Source: an uncultured Nitrospiraceae bacterium
GTDB taxonomy: Bacteria > Nitrospirota > Thermodesulfovibrionia > Thermodesulfovibrionales > Dissulfurispiraceae
DNA: 64,000 nucleotides
Direction: 5' to 3'
Assembly: GCA_963727805.1 (NCBI GenBank)
Contig: CAVSHF010000003.1
Location: forward strand, 512,001-576,000
Positions within the stretch are counted from its first letter, which is position 1. Each line of letters starts with the position of its first letter. Of the stretch, positions 21,040 to 31,051 are shown piece after piece. The position numbers were made by a program, and so were the translations under genes. A model generated the notes under the pieces. That model was not told the origin of the DNA. It worked only from the letters and a program-made list of their open reading frames with translations, and did not search any database.

Positions 21040-21205
21040 GATTACGGACATCGAGTTTTGAAGCTGTGATGATGTCGGTAATGTTCTTGCAGATAACGAC
21101 TAGTGAAATCGAACTGAAATTCTCCAGGCGCAAAAAATTATAGACCGCTCCTCAATTTCCTCTGAATGAGCCTATCAATTGCCCATTTCTGCCTGTGATA
21201 AGCAT
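21040..21205 (-). pseudogene. Decayed dTDP-4-dehydrorhamnose reductase (rmlD) remnant; 3' limit approximate
   Basis: ATG 1 nt after rmlC stop reads MLITGRNGQL (RmlD ITGxNGQLG); shifted frames give APGEFQFDFTS and ITDIITASKLDV. Confidence 0.55.
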
Positions 21206-21206
21206 G

Positions 21207-21773
21207 TTATTCCCATGGCCCAAACATGAAATTATTATCAGCATCCCGCAATAGAGGATGTAATCTATCCTTGGCCGAAAGGACGGGTTCGGAAAGTGGC
21301 CACCTGATATTGATTTCCGGATCGTTCCAGACAATCCCACGATCGTCAGCAAGGGAGTATTCGTTCGTGCATTTGTACATAACTTCAGCTACATTGCTTG
21401 TTACCTGAAATCCATGGGCGAAGCCCGGCGGTACATACAGTATATTATGGTTTTCTTCCGTAAGTTCCACCCCTACCCATTTACCATAGGATGGTGATCC
21501 TTTTCTGATATCAACCGCTACATCGAAAATATTTCCCTTTATGCATGTGACAAGCTTGCCTTGGGCGGTGGGGGTCTTCTGGTAATGCAAACCTCGCAGT
21601 ACCCCTCTAGTCGATCGGGAATAGTTGTCTTGAACCAGGTGATCCTGTATCCCTGCATGTGCGAAATCAGAGTGTTTGTACAACTCCAAAAAAAAGCCGC
21701 GCTCATCGCCGAATATCTTCGGATGTATCAAGACAACAGAAGGTATTTTAAGCATTGTAAATTCAAAAGGCAT
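21207..21773 (-). CDS. rmlC: dTDP-4-dehydrorhamnose 3,5-epimerase
   Basis: DERGFF, QDNYSRS, LRGLHYQ, PPGFAHGF; GGAGG SD before ATG 21773. Confidence 0.96.
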   Translation of the reverse strand: MPFEFTMLKIPSVVLIHPKIFGDERGFFLELYKHSDFAHAGIQDHLVQDNYSRSTRGVLRGLHYQKTPTAQGKLVTCIKGNIFDVAVDIRKGSPSYGKWVGVELTEENHNILYVPPGFAHGFQVTSNVAEVMYKCTNEYSLADDRGIVWNDPEINIRWPLSEPVLSAKDRLHPLLRDADNNFMFGPWE

Positions 21774-21910
21774 TCGGCACCTCCACTCGTGTCCATGACT
21801 CGCAAACGATTGCAGAAGCATCATTCACTTTATTCACTGCTCCGCCCTCTCGGTCACAGTTCATAGTATAATGAATATGCCAAGACGGCCTGAATAAACA
21901 CAAAAATTTA

Positions 21911-22447
21911 TTATAAAGCTTCTACGCTGGAAGCATCTACCTGAATTGACACCCCTTGACGCAGTATGTCGACTGAAAGTACAAGGTGATGCATCCCCTT
22001 CCGTTCAATAAGGAGTCCCTCAACTCCTTTCAGCGGTCCGCTTTTGATCTTGACCCTATTGCCTTCTTTAAGGTACGGATGGGGATCAAGAGTCTCTTTG
22101 CTTTCTACAAGCCTTTTTAGAGCAAGGACCTGATCATCCGGAACAGGCTCTGGGTCCGCTGGTGTTAGCCCTATAAAACGGACCACTCCCGGTGTTTTCA
22201 AGACGCTGAGTTTCTCGCTGTTATTCTTCCTGATGCGGACAAAGAGATACCCAGGGAACAGAGGAAAAGCAACGAGTTTCTTTCTGTCTTTCCAATGTCT
22301 CAGTCGCTCAACAACGGGGAGAAAGTCCTCTATTCCCGATTTCATAAGCCTCTCCGTCACTATAAATTCATGACGTGACCGGACATGCACTGCGTACCAA
22401 TGCATTTCTTCAGAAATCATATTTTCCTGTTCATCATGCATGATCAC
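21911..22447 (-). CDS. NusG-paralog antiterminator (UpxY/RfaH/LoaP-like)
   Basis: WYAVHVRSRHE, PLFPGYLF, KOW motif GNRVKIKSGPLKG. Confidence 0.9.
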   Translation of the reverse strand: MIMHDEQENMISEEMHWYAVHVRSRHEFIVTERLMKSGIEDFLPVVERLRHWKDRKKLVAFPLFPGYLFVRIRKNNSEKLSVLKTPGVVRFIGLTPADPEPVPDDQVLALKRLVESKETLDPHPYLKEGNRVKIKSGPLKGVEGLLIERKGMHHLVLSVDILRQGVSIQVDASSVEAL

Positions 22448-23028
22448 GAGAGATAAAATACCTTTTTATTCGTTATACCCGTCTGCTGTATAGCAGCAAT
22501 AATTTTGTCGTCGATGGATGAAACCAGGATTGCGTCATAATCAAGACCAGTTATATCGCTGACGGTATAAACATGATATCCGAAAAATCCGTTGTCGATT
22601 TTATTTTCAGAGACAACTCCGACTATCGTCAGCGGAAGACCGCGAGTCGATATATAACAAAGCTCGGCAATCTCGCCGTCTCCCCAAAGCAGTATACTCT
22701 TAATGTCGTCAGCCAGCATCCTGGCATAGATTCGCTCAATAGTGATACGGATTCCCCTGAAGTACTTGATAGAATGGCCCATATAGTTATAGGTGAGTCG
22801 TGCTTTTTCGGTAAAGCCTTGAGGCGTAATTATGTATTTGATCCTGTTCTTTGGAAGTGTCTTTACCTTGATATGACCTTTTTTATAAAGCCTTTTGATG
22901 TATGAATTAACCAGGCCAAGGGCGATTCCGAGCCTTCCCGCCAGCGCCCTTTGGGAAATAACTGAATCCCTCGAAAATTCGTCAAGCAGACGGAGAGATA
23001 TTTCGTCTGGTGCATCAGTAGTGTTCAT
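22444..23028 (-). CDS. Winged-helix (MarR EPS-associated-like) regulator with C-terminal Rossmann-like domain
   Basis: SQRALAGRLGIALGLVN, YIITPQGFTEK, LWGDGEIAEL. Confidence 0.85.
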   Translation of the reverse strand: MNTTDAPDEISLRLLDEFSRDSVISQRALAGRLGIALGLVNSYIKRLYKKGHIKVKTLPKNRIKYIITPQGFTEKARLTYNYMGHSIKYFRGIRITIERIYARMLADDIKSILLWGDGEIAELCYISTRGLPLTIVGVVSENKIDNGFFGYHVYTVSDITGLDYDAILVSSIDDKIIAAIQQTGITNKKVFYLS

Positions 23029-23038
23029 GATTTGAACA
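23022..23038. promoter_or_regulatory. Palindromic operator over the wHTH start codon
   Basis: TGTTCA-TGATT-TGAACA perfect inverted repeat covering the ATG at 23028. Confidence 0.6.
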
Positions 23039-23235
23039 TTAACATAATTTCATGTACGTGTTCAATAGAGGGGCAACTAAAAAACCGGAAATTCCATCGG
23101 GGAATCACATATAAAATAATATGGCAATCACATGAGATCGCACCCTCCGGTTCGTATTCATCCCGGAAATTAGTATTATTAGGAGATATTATCCCTAGTG
23201 CCGATATTGTCGGCCGGAGATTGAGGAGGCATCGT

Positions 23236-24690
23236 ATGAGAAAAGAATGGAACAATATGCTAATCGCGATTTTATCAACATTGTTGTTAGTATGTTCGCA
23301 TGCATTGGCTGAAAAGAATGATTCGAAAAACGTCGCTCTCTCGACAACATCGGAAGACCAGATAGCTCTTGCGGTGACCGTTTATAATGTCAATGTCGGA
23401 CTCATCAAAGATCAGAGAGCTCTGCGACTTCCAACGGGTCAGGTTGAATTACGCTTCATGGACGTGGCGTCGCAGATTATCCCGTCAAGCGTATCTATCC
23501 GATCGCTGGTTGATACTGCAAGCCTTCATGTTTTGGAACAGAACTATGAATATGACCTTCTTAACCCTCAAAAACTCCTCGATAAGTATGTCGGAAAGGA
23601 TGTCAAATTATTCTATAAGAATACTTACACAGACAAGGAAGAGATCACAACTGCTACTCTTCTGTCGAACAACGGCGGCCCCATTTTTAAAATCGGCGAT
23701 GAAATCACGTTCGGCCATCCAGGCAGGGTGATATTTCCGGGCGTCCCGGAAAACTTAATGTCCAGACCAACCCTCGTCTGGCTGCTAAAAAATAATCTTT
23801 CCGATGTACAAAAAGTGGAGGCTTCCTATCTAACTGATGGCATAAACTGGCGAGCTGATTATGTGTTGACCCTTAACGAAAAAGATGACCGGGCTGACCT
23901 CACCGGATGGGTTACCCTCGACAACAAAAGCGGCGCGTCTTATAAAGAGGCAAAGTTAAAACTTATCGCGGGAGATGTCCATCGAGTTAAGGAACCAGCT
24001 GATTACAAAGATAAAATGGTAAGACTGGCAAAAGCCGAAGCCTCATCAGTAGAGCCGCAATTCAAACAAGAGGAATTCTTCGAATATCATATCTATACAC
24101 TTCAAAGGTCCTCCACTATCAAGGAGAACCAGACAAAGCAGATAAATCTGGTGGAAGCCGAGAATGTAGCAATAAAAAAGGAGCTTATTTTTAAGGGTGC
24201 CAATTATTACTATTACCGTCAATATGGAGACCAAATGCCAAAGCAGAAGGTGGGGGTCTTTGTTGAATTTTCAAACAAAAAAGAGAATAATCTCGGCATT
24301 CCTCTGCCAAAAGGCATTGTGAGAGTCTATAAGCGCGACACCGAGGGAAGTCTCCAATTTGTCGGAGAGGACTCTATTGATCATACACCGAAGGATGAGA
24401 AATTGAGGATTATGCTTGGCGATGCCTTCGATGTCGTCGGTAGCAGGAAGCAAACGGATTGGAAAAAAATTGCCAAGAATATCTATGAAGCAAGTTTCGA
24501 GGTGGTACTTAGGAACCATAAGAAAGAAGATGTGGCAATCAAGGTAATAGAGCCGATACCGGGTGACTGGACGATCCTCAGCTCTTCTCATGAGTACAAA
24601 AAGACCGAGGCCTTTCTCGCTGAATTTCTCGTCCCAGTTCTCCAGGATCAGGAGGCAAAGCTCATCTACACCGTTAGGATGCAATATTGA
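23236..24690 (+). CDS. Exported DUF4139-like domain protein
   Basis: Signal peptide after GAGGAGG SD and ATG 23236; VTVYN, EQNYEYDL, WRADY, IDHTPKDE. Confidence 0.82.
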   Translation: MRKEWNNMLIAILSTLLLVCSHALAEKNDSKNVALSTTSEDQIALAVTVYNVNVGLIKDQRALRLPTGQVELRFMDVASQIIPSSVSIRSLVDTASLHVLEQNYEYDLLNPQKLLDKYVGKDVKLFYKNTYTDKEEITTATLLSNNGGPIFKIGDEITFGHPGRVIFPGVPENLMSRPTLVWLLKNNLSDVQKVEASYLTDGINWRADYVLTLNEKDDRADLTGWVTLDNKSGASYKEAKLKLIAGDVHRVKEPADYKDKMVRLAKAEASSVEPQFKQEEFFEYHIYTLQRSSTIKENQTKQINLVEAENVAIKKELIFKGANYYYYRQYGDQMPKQKVGVFVEFSNKKENNLGIPLPKGIVRVYKRDTEGSLQFVGEDSIDHTPKDEKLRIMLGDAFDVVGSRKQTDWKKIAKNIYEASFEVVLRNHKKEDVAIKVIEPIPGDWTILSSSHEYKKTEAFLAEFLVPVLQDQEAKLIYTVRMQY

Positions 24691-24700
24691 ACAGCACGCG

Positions 24701-25456
24701 CTATTTTATGATGCGTTTGCGCATGAGCCTGAAAGGATATGGTGCAAGGATCGCCGCAACAACAACTATCCAAATTACGTCTCCGGCAACAACACCAATT
24801 TTGCCGGCTGCAAAAGATCTGCAGATGTTGACGAGATGGTAAAGTGGCGTAAAGTAGGCAATCTTCGAAACGAGAGGGGGAAGGCCGTCGATCGGAAAGA
24901 AAATACCGGAAAAAAGAAACATAGGAGTCATAACAAGAGTGAAAACATAGTTAAATGACTCGATACCTGGGACGATAGCTGTGAAAATCATCGAGATTTC
25001 AGCAAAGATCATCCCGCTCAAAAAGAGGACCGGTATGGCGAGGATGATGAGCTCCGAATCGACAAGGCCGAAAGCCGCGATAACAATCATTATTATGCTG
25101 CCGTAAAACATGCTTTTCGTGGCACCCCAGAAAAGTTCAGCCGCGATAAGTTCATCGATACCAACAGGGGTGGCCAGTATTGCTTCAAAGGTCTTTTGAA
25201 AGGTCATTCTGACGAATGTTCCATACGTACATTCGTAGACCGTCGCAAACATTGAAGATGATGCAATAATACCGGGTGCAATGTAATTGATATAGGGGAC
25301 ACCGTGAATATCCTTGACAAAAGCGCCGAGACCAAGACCCAGGGCGGTTAGATAGAGAACGGGTTCCACAAAGTTCAGGGCTATGCTTGATTTATACAGC
25401 TTAGTATAAACCATGAAATTACGCCGCCATACATGCCCTATCCTTTTAAGCTTCAA
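24701..25456 (-). CDS. ABC-2 permease (NodJ-like)
   Basis: EPVLYL, PMFLFSGIFFP, PLYHLV. Confidence 0.85.
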   Translation of the reverse strand: MKLKRIGHVWRRNFMVYTKLYKSSIALNFVEPVLYLTALGLGLGAFVKDIHGVPYINYIAPGIIASSSMFATVYECTYGTFVRMTFQKTFEAILATPVGIDELIAAELFWGATKSMFYGSIIMIVIAAFGLVDSELIILAIPVLFLSGMIFAEISMIFTAIVPGIESFNYVFTLVMTPMFLFSGIFFPIDGLPPLVSKIAYFTPLYHLVNICRSFAAGKIGVVAGDVIWIVVVAAILAPYPFRLMRKRIIK

Positions 25457-26177
25457 GGGGCCTCCCCGTGAGTTTCAGATAAGTCTCTTCAAGATTCCCG
25501 TTGTGCTGCTTCATTAAATTGGTTGGAGTATCGCTCGTCACAACCCTGCCCGAATCCATGATAGCTACCCTATCGCAGAGCTTCTCAGCTTCCTCCATAT
25601 AATGGGTCGTGAGAATGAGCGTTGTGTTGCCCGATTTCAATTGATTGAGCTTGTCCCAGACGGTGTGGCGGCTGTATGGATCGAGTCCCGTCGTGGGTTC
25701 GTCAAGTATAAGGAGTTCGGGTTGATTGACCAGTGCCCTTGCAAGGAGAAGCCGTCGTTTCATGCCTCCCGAAAGACTCTTAATGTTGACCTTTTCCTTA
25801 CCCCTCAGTTCGAAGAAATCGAGTAATTCGGCAGCCATGCCAAGAGCTTCTTTGCGCGGCATATCGAAATACCGGGCATAGGTTACGAGATTTTCAATAA
25901 CGGAAAGGTCAGGATCGAGGCTGTCATCCTGAGGCATCACGCCGATACGCGCCTTGATCTCGGCAGGCCTGCTTACGACATCCATGTCAAATACCCTGAG
26001 TTCGCCGGCAGTAGGTGGTATAAAGCAATGAATCATGCGCATCACGGTAGTCTTGCCTGCCCCGTTGGGACCGAGGAACCCGAAGCATTCACCCTGAACA
26101 ATCTCGAAGTCGATTGCGTTTACGGCACGCAGGAGCCCGTAATCTTTTACGAGGTTTCTTGCAGTGACAATATCCAT
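25446..26177 (-). CDS. ABC ATPase (NodI-like)
   Basis: GPNGAGKTT, LSGGMKRR, DEPTTGLD, TTHYMEEA. Confidence 0.88.
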   Translation of the reverse strand: MDIVTARNLVKDYGLLRAVNAIDFEIVQGECFGFLGPNGAGKTTVMRMIHCFIPPTAGELRVFDMDVVSRPAEIKARIGVMPQDDSLDPDLSVIENLVTYARYFDMPRKEALGMAAELLDFFELRGKEKVNIKSLSGGMKRRLLLARALVNQPELLILDEPTTGLDPYSRHTVWDKLNQLKSGNTTLILTTHYMEEAEKLCDRVAIMDSGRVVTSDTPTNLMKQHNGNLEETYLKLTGRPLEA

Positions 26178-26215
26178 ATTCTTTTCAGTATACCAGTATC
26201 CCTTTGAAGTATAAG

Positions 26216-26244
26216 AAAGGGCCGGGATGAAAGCCCGGCCCTTT
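26216..26244 (-). terminator. Intrinsic terminator after ppdK
   Basis: AAAGGGCCGGG-N7-CCCGGCCCTTT perfect 11-bp stem with T-rich tail on the minus strand. Confidence 0.85.
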
Positions 26245-26270
26245 GCGTCATTCTACCGTTTTTTTTTCAA

Positions 26271-28988
26271 TTACGATTTAGAGGTTTTATTGATTTTCTT
26301 CGTCATAGATTCTTTCACGACTGCCTGCGCGGCTGCTAGCCGGGCGACCGGAATCCGGTAGGGCGAGCAACTCACATAATTGAGTCCGGTCCTATGACAG
26401 AATTCGACCGATGCAGGATCGCCTCCATGCTCTCCGCAAATGCCAAGTTTAAGATTCTTCTTTACCGACCGACCTTTTTCAACAGCGATCTTCATAAGGA
26501 TGCCTACACCTTCTTGGTCAAGAGTTACAAAAGGATCATCTTTGATAATCTTGGCATCAATGTAAAACGGAAGAAACTTGCCGGCATCATCCCTAGAGAG
26601 ACCATAGGTCGTTTGGGTCAAATCGTTCGTACCGAAAGAATAAAAATCAGCATATGCGGCAATCTCGTCGGAGGTTATACAGGCTCGCGGCAGCTCGATC
26701 ATAGTGCCTACCGTGTAATCGACTTTAGTCTTGAACCGAGATTTCACCTCTTCGGCAACTTTTATAGTAAGCTCTCTTAATGCCTTAAGTTCATTCACAT
26801 GACCGACAAGGGGGATCATGATTTCGGGTACCACTTTAACCTTTCTCGTTGCAAGCTCGCAGGCCGCTTCCATAATTGCCCTCACCTGCATTTCATAAAT
26901 TTCAGGATAAGTTATGCCAAGACGGCAGCCCCTGTGGCCAAGCATAGGATTAAACTCATGTAGAAATTTGTTTTTTGTCCGAAGCTTTTCAACCGGCACG
27001 CCCATGTCTGCTGCGAGGTCATGAAACTCCTGGTCTGTGTGAGGTAGAAATTCATGAAGCGGCGGATCGAGTAACCTCACAGTGACGGGAAATCCCTTCA
27101 TCTCGGTGAAGATCCCGATGAAGTCCTTCTTCTGCATAGGGAGTAGCTTTGCGAGGGCCTTTTCTCTCTCAGGACGGGTATCAGACAAAATCATCTCCCT
27201 CACCGCTTTTATCCTTTCAGCATCAAAAAACATATGTTCGGTCCTGCACAATCCTATACCCTCTGCGCCGAATTCATAAGCTACCTGGGCATCCTTGGGC
27301 GTATCGGCATTTGCACGAACTCTTAACTTTCTCACTTCGTCTGCCCACTTCATTATAGTTTTAAAATCACCCTTAAGCAGAGGCGTGACCAGGGGCACCT
27401 GACCGAGCATGACCTCTCCTGTCGTCCCATTCAATGTGATATAATCGCCTTCCTTGACTACTGTTTCGTCATTAATAGTGAAATACTTTTCCCTTTCATG
27501 TATATCAATCGCGCCGCAACCCACAACGCAGCACTTTCCCATTCCTCTTCCGACAACAGCTGCATGGGAGGTCATACCGCCGCGGGCGGTCAATATGCCC
27601 TGAGCTGCTGCCATGCCCCCTATGTCTTCAGGCGATGTTTCGGTCCTGACCAGAATCACCTTTTCGTTCTTTGCCGCTGCCTCTTCAGCGTCTTCAGCAT
27701 TAAAGACGACCCTCCCTACTGCAGCTCCAGGAGAGGCGGGTAATCCTTTGCACATGATTTTAAAGGCAGCAGAGGGATCGATCATGGGATGAAGCAGCTG
27801 ATCGATCTGGGCAGGATCAATTCGCAACAGTGCCGTCTTTTTGTCGATTACTTTCTCGCTAACCATATCGACAGCGATTTTCAGCGCTGCAGCGGCTGTT
27901 CTTTTGCCGACCCGCGTCTGGAGCATGTAAAGCTTGCCTTCTTGCACAGTAAATTCTATGTCGAGCATATCTTTGTAATGTTTTTCGAGTTTCTGATAAA
28001 TCTTCATGAGATCGCCATACGCCTGAGGCATTGTCTTTTTGAGCTCTTCAATGTGGAGAGGCGTTCTAATGCCTGCGACGACATCTTCACCCTGGGCATT
28101 GATCAGACATTCTGCAAAGAATTTCCTCTCGCCGGTGGAAGGGTCTCTCGTAAAACCTACTCCCGTCCCCGAGTCATCGCCAATATTGCCGAATACCATC
28201 GACTGGACATTACAGGCAGTGCCGAGGTCATCAGAAATACCTTGGAGCTTCCTGTACTTTTTCGCCCTCTCGCCAAACCATGAACCGAAGACAGCGTTGA
28301 TTGCCAGTTTCAGTTGCTGGTACGGATCGACGGGGAAATTGGAAGAGGTAGCGTCTTTATAAATCCGCTTGAATTCCTCTACGACGAGCTTGAGGTCAGC
28401 AGCATCGAGGTCGGTATCTTGGCGAACGCCCTTTTCTTCTTTGAATTTATCGAGCACCTGTTCGAATTTCTGTCTGTCGATACCCATAACGATCGTGCCG
28501 AACATGGTGATAAACCTTCGGTAGGCATCGTAGCCGAACCGCTCATTATTCGTCCTCCTAATGATGCCGCCCAACGTGTCGGGATTGAGTCCAAGATTCA
28601 GGACGGTGTCCATCATGCCGGGCATTGAGAATTTAGCTCCCGAGCGGACGGAAACGAGTAGTGGATTTACGGGATCTCCAAACTTCATGCCCATCGCCTT
28701 TTCGACTCTCTTCATGTTTGTGATAACCGTGTCCCACATGCCCTCAGGATACTTCATCCTGTTTTTGAAATACTCATTGCATGCCGCGGTAGTTATTGTG
28801 AAGCCGGCAGGAACGGGCACTCCAAGATTGGTCATCTCTGCAAGGCCTGCACCCTTTCCACCAAGAAGGTCTTTCATCGCGCCGCTGCCTTCGGCCTTAC
28901 CATTTCCAAAGAAATAGATGTATTTGACGGCCTTCAAAGGTTTCTTGCGCAATGAAGTAACTTCTTTCCCTACTGCAGTCTTAGCCAT
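26271..28988 (-). CDS. ppdK: Pyruvate, phosphate dikinase
   Basis: LLGGKG, SMPGMMDT, GGMTSHAAVV, GTNDLTQ, GICGEHGG. Confidence 0.98.
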   Translation of the reverse strand: MAKTAVGKEVTSLRKKPLKAVKYIYFFGNGKAEGSGAMKDLLGGKGAGLAEMTNLGVPVPAGFTITTAACNEYFKNRMKYPEGMWDTVITNMKRVEKAMGMKFGDPVNPLLVSVRSGAKFSMPGMMDTVLNLGLNPDTLGGIIRRTNNERFGYDAYRRFITMFGTIVMGIDRQKFEQVLDKFKEEKGVRQDTDLDAADLKLVVEEFKRIYKDATSSNFPVDPYQQLKLAINAVFGSWFGERAKKYRKLQGISDDLGTACNVQSMVFGNIGDDSGTGVGFTRDPSTGERKFFAECLINAQGEDVVAGIRTPLHIEELKKTMPQAYGDLMKIYQKLEKHYKDMLDIEFTVQEGKLYMLQTRVGKRTAAAALKIAVDMVSEKVIDKKTALLRIDPAQIDQLLHPMIDPSAAFKIMCKGLPASPGAAVGRVVFNAEDAEEAAAKNEKVILVRTETSPEDIGGMAAAQGILTARGGMTSHAAVVGRGMGKCCVVGCGAIDIHEREKYFTINDETVVKEGDYITLNGTTGEVMLGQVPLVTPLLKGDFKTIMKWADEVRKLRVRANADTPKDAQVAYEFGAEGIGLCRTEHMFFDAERIKAVREMILSDTRPEREKALAKLLPMQKKDFIGIFTEMKGFPVTVRLLDPPLHEFLPHTDQEFHDLAADMGVPVEKLRTKNKFLHEFNPMLGHRGCRLGITYPEIYEMQVRAIMEAACELATRKVKVVPEIMIPLVGHVNELKALRELTIKVAEEVKSRFKTKVDYTVGTMIELPRACITSDEIAAYADFYSFGTNDLTQTTYGLSRDDAGKFLPFYIDAKIIKDDPFVTLDQEGVGILMKIAVEKGRSVKKNLKLGICGEHGGDPASVEFCHRTGLNYVSCSPYRIPVARLAAAQAVVKESMTKKINKTSKS

Positions 28989-29231
28989 GGATACCCTCCT
29001 GCGAATGTATTAATATTTAATTTAATTCTAATGTGGTCTTCAATTTTATCCTACATTCCCAAAAAATTCAAGGAATTCCTACAGGAAGTCCCGCAGCAAC
29101 AACTGTTTCTTACCCCCCCCCGATTAGCCTTTCGATTTAAATTATTCAAAGACACCGCTATGCGTATCAGCCGATATGCCGGCCACTTGATCATCCTTTA
29201 CAAACACGGAGCCAGAGGGTAGAATCAATAA

Positions 29232-30977
29232 ATGAAGAAAGTGCGAATAGCCCTCTGCCAGATCAATCCAACAGTCGGTGACCTCAAAGGTAATGTCAAA
29301 AAGATAGTGAATCGGATCAATGACTTGGAAGCCTACCTGCCGGATATTATCGCATTCCCTGAATTAGCGGTTACCGGCTATCCACCCGAAGACCTGCTTC
29401 TGAATCCGCACTTTATTGACGACAATCTCGCTGCTCTTAAAGAGATACAAAAAGCGGTTGGTAATTCGGTTGTAATTGTCGGCTTCGTTGACAAGAACGA
29501 TGATATCTATAACGCCGCCGCGGTAATCCATCAGGGGAAATTGGTCGATGTCTACCATAAAATCCATCTGCCTAACTACGGCGTGTTTGATGAAGTCCGC
29601 TACTTTAAACCGGGGAATCGCTATCCTGTTTACAAAATGGGCAGTACAAAATTCGGTATCAATATTTGCGAGGACATCTGGTACTCGGATGGTCCCGCCG
29701 CTGTACAGGCGATGAACGGCGCTGAATTCATCATAAATATCAATGCATCTCCTTATCACATGGGGAAGTCGGGCACAAGGATCAAGATGCTCTCGACACA
29801 GGCATCCGATAATGGCGTTGTCATCGCCTATCTCAATACGGTTGGCGGCCAGGATGAACTCGTTTTTGACGGTCATAGCTTTGTCATTAATGAAAAAGCT
29901 GAAATTCTTGCTGAGGGAAGGCGTTTCGAAGAACAAGACATCATAGTCGATCTGGCTATCGAAGAACTCTGCACGAAGAGACTCCATGCAGCTTGCAAGC
30001 GAGAGACTAATGGATTCCGGCATGTGCAGATTGATGAGGTTTTTATAAACCGGACTCCTCAGGTAAGCGAAAACGTCATTATTCCCTCGCATTTTCTTGA
30101 CAGGTCTTCGTCCGACGCAGCGCCGGCCGCCGATGCGACAGTGTACAAGGCGCTCGTCCTCGGTACACGCGATTACATAACGAAAAACGGGTTCAAGAAG
30201 GTATGTATTGGCTTGAGCGGTGGTATCGATTCATCGATAGTGGCAGCAATTGCCGCAGATGCCATCGGCAAGGATAATGTCACTGGCATTTTCATGCCGT
30301 CGCCCTATACTTCATCATCAAGTAGGGAAGATGCATACGCATTGGCAACCAATCTTGCAATAAAAATTATAGAGATGCCGATCACGCCTATTTTTGATGT
30401 CTACCTCGAATCGTTCAGACCAGAATTCAGGGATTCATCTCCAGGGACCGCTGAGGAAAATCTCCAGGCCCGTATAAGAGGGACCATTCTTATGGGTTTA
30501 TCGAACAAGTTCGGATGGCTTGTGCTGACCACCGGCAATAAGTCGGAAATGAGCGTCGGGTATGCGACACTTTACGGTGACATGGCAGGCGGTTTCGCCC
30601 CGATAAAGGACGTCCCAAAGACTCTTGTCTTCAGGCTGAGTGCATGGAAAAACGAGAGTTGTGGAAAGATCATCATTCCCGAAAGAGTACTGACGAAAGA
30701 GCCTACCGCTGAATTGAAACTAGACCAAAAAGATAGTGACAGTCTACCCCCTTATGATGTCCTGGATCCAATCCTCAAGGCTTATATCGAGGACGACAAA
30801 AGTTATGAAGAGATATTGAATCTTGGCTTCGACAGCGAAGACGCCAAAAGGGTTATCATGATGGTCGACAAGAGCGAATACAAGAGAAGGCAATCACCTC
30901 CGGGAATCAAGATTACTCCGCGTGCCTTCGGGAGAGACAGAAGATTTCCGATTACCAATAAATACAGGAGTTGCTGA
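29232..30977 (+). CDS. nadE: Glutamine-dependent NAD+ synthetase
   Basis: Nitrilase domain (PEL, ICED) plus SGGIDS, ENLQARIRG, TGNKSE. Confidence 0.96.
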   Translation: MKKVRIALCQINPTVGDLKGNVKKIVNRINDLEAYLPDIIAFPELAVTGYPPEDLLLNPHFIDDNLAALKEIQKAVGNSVVIVGFVDKNDDIYNAAAVIHQGKLVDVYHKIHLPNYGVFDEVRYFKPGNRYPVYKMGSTKFGINICEDIWYSDGPAAVQAMNGAEFIININASPYHMGKSGTRIKMLSTQASDNGVVIAYLNTVGGQDELVFDGHSFVINEKAEILAEGRRFEEQDIIVDLAIEELCTKRLHAACKRETNGFRHVQIDEVFINRTPQVSENVIIPSHFLDRSSSDAAPAADATVYKALVLGTRDYITKNGFKKVCIGLSGGIDSSIVAAIAADAIGKDNVTGIFMPSPYTSSSSREDAYALATNLAIKIIEMPITPIFDVYLESFRPEFRDSSPGTAEENLQARIRGTILMGLSNKFGWLVLTTGNKSEMSVGYATLYGDMAGGFAPIKDVPKTLVFRLSAWKNESCGKIIIPERVLTKEPTAELKLDQKDSDSLPPYDVLDPILKAYIEDDKSYEEILNLGFDSEDAKRVIMMVDKSEYKRRQSPPGIKITPRAFGRDRRFPITNKYRSC

Positions 30978-31051
30978 TTATGACAATTCTAATGAGCTCT
31001 ACCAGACGGACCTCTGCCTGCGAAAACTCCTCAAAATAGGATATTCAGATC

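Noticed and set aside
29113..29121. C9 tract between ppdK and nadE as a phase-variation site
   Set aside because: Outside the identified nadE promoter spacer and flanked by housekeeping genes.
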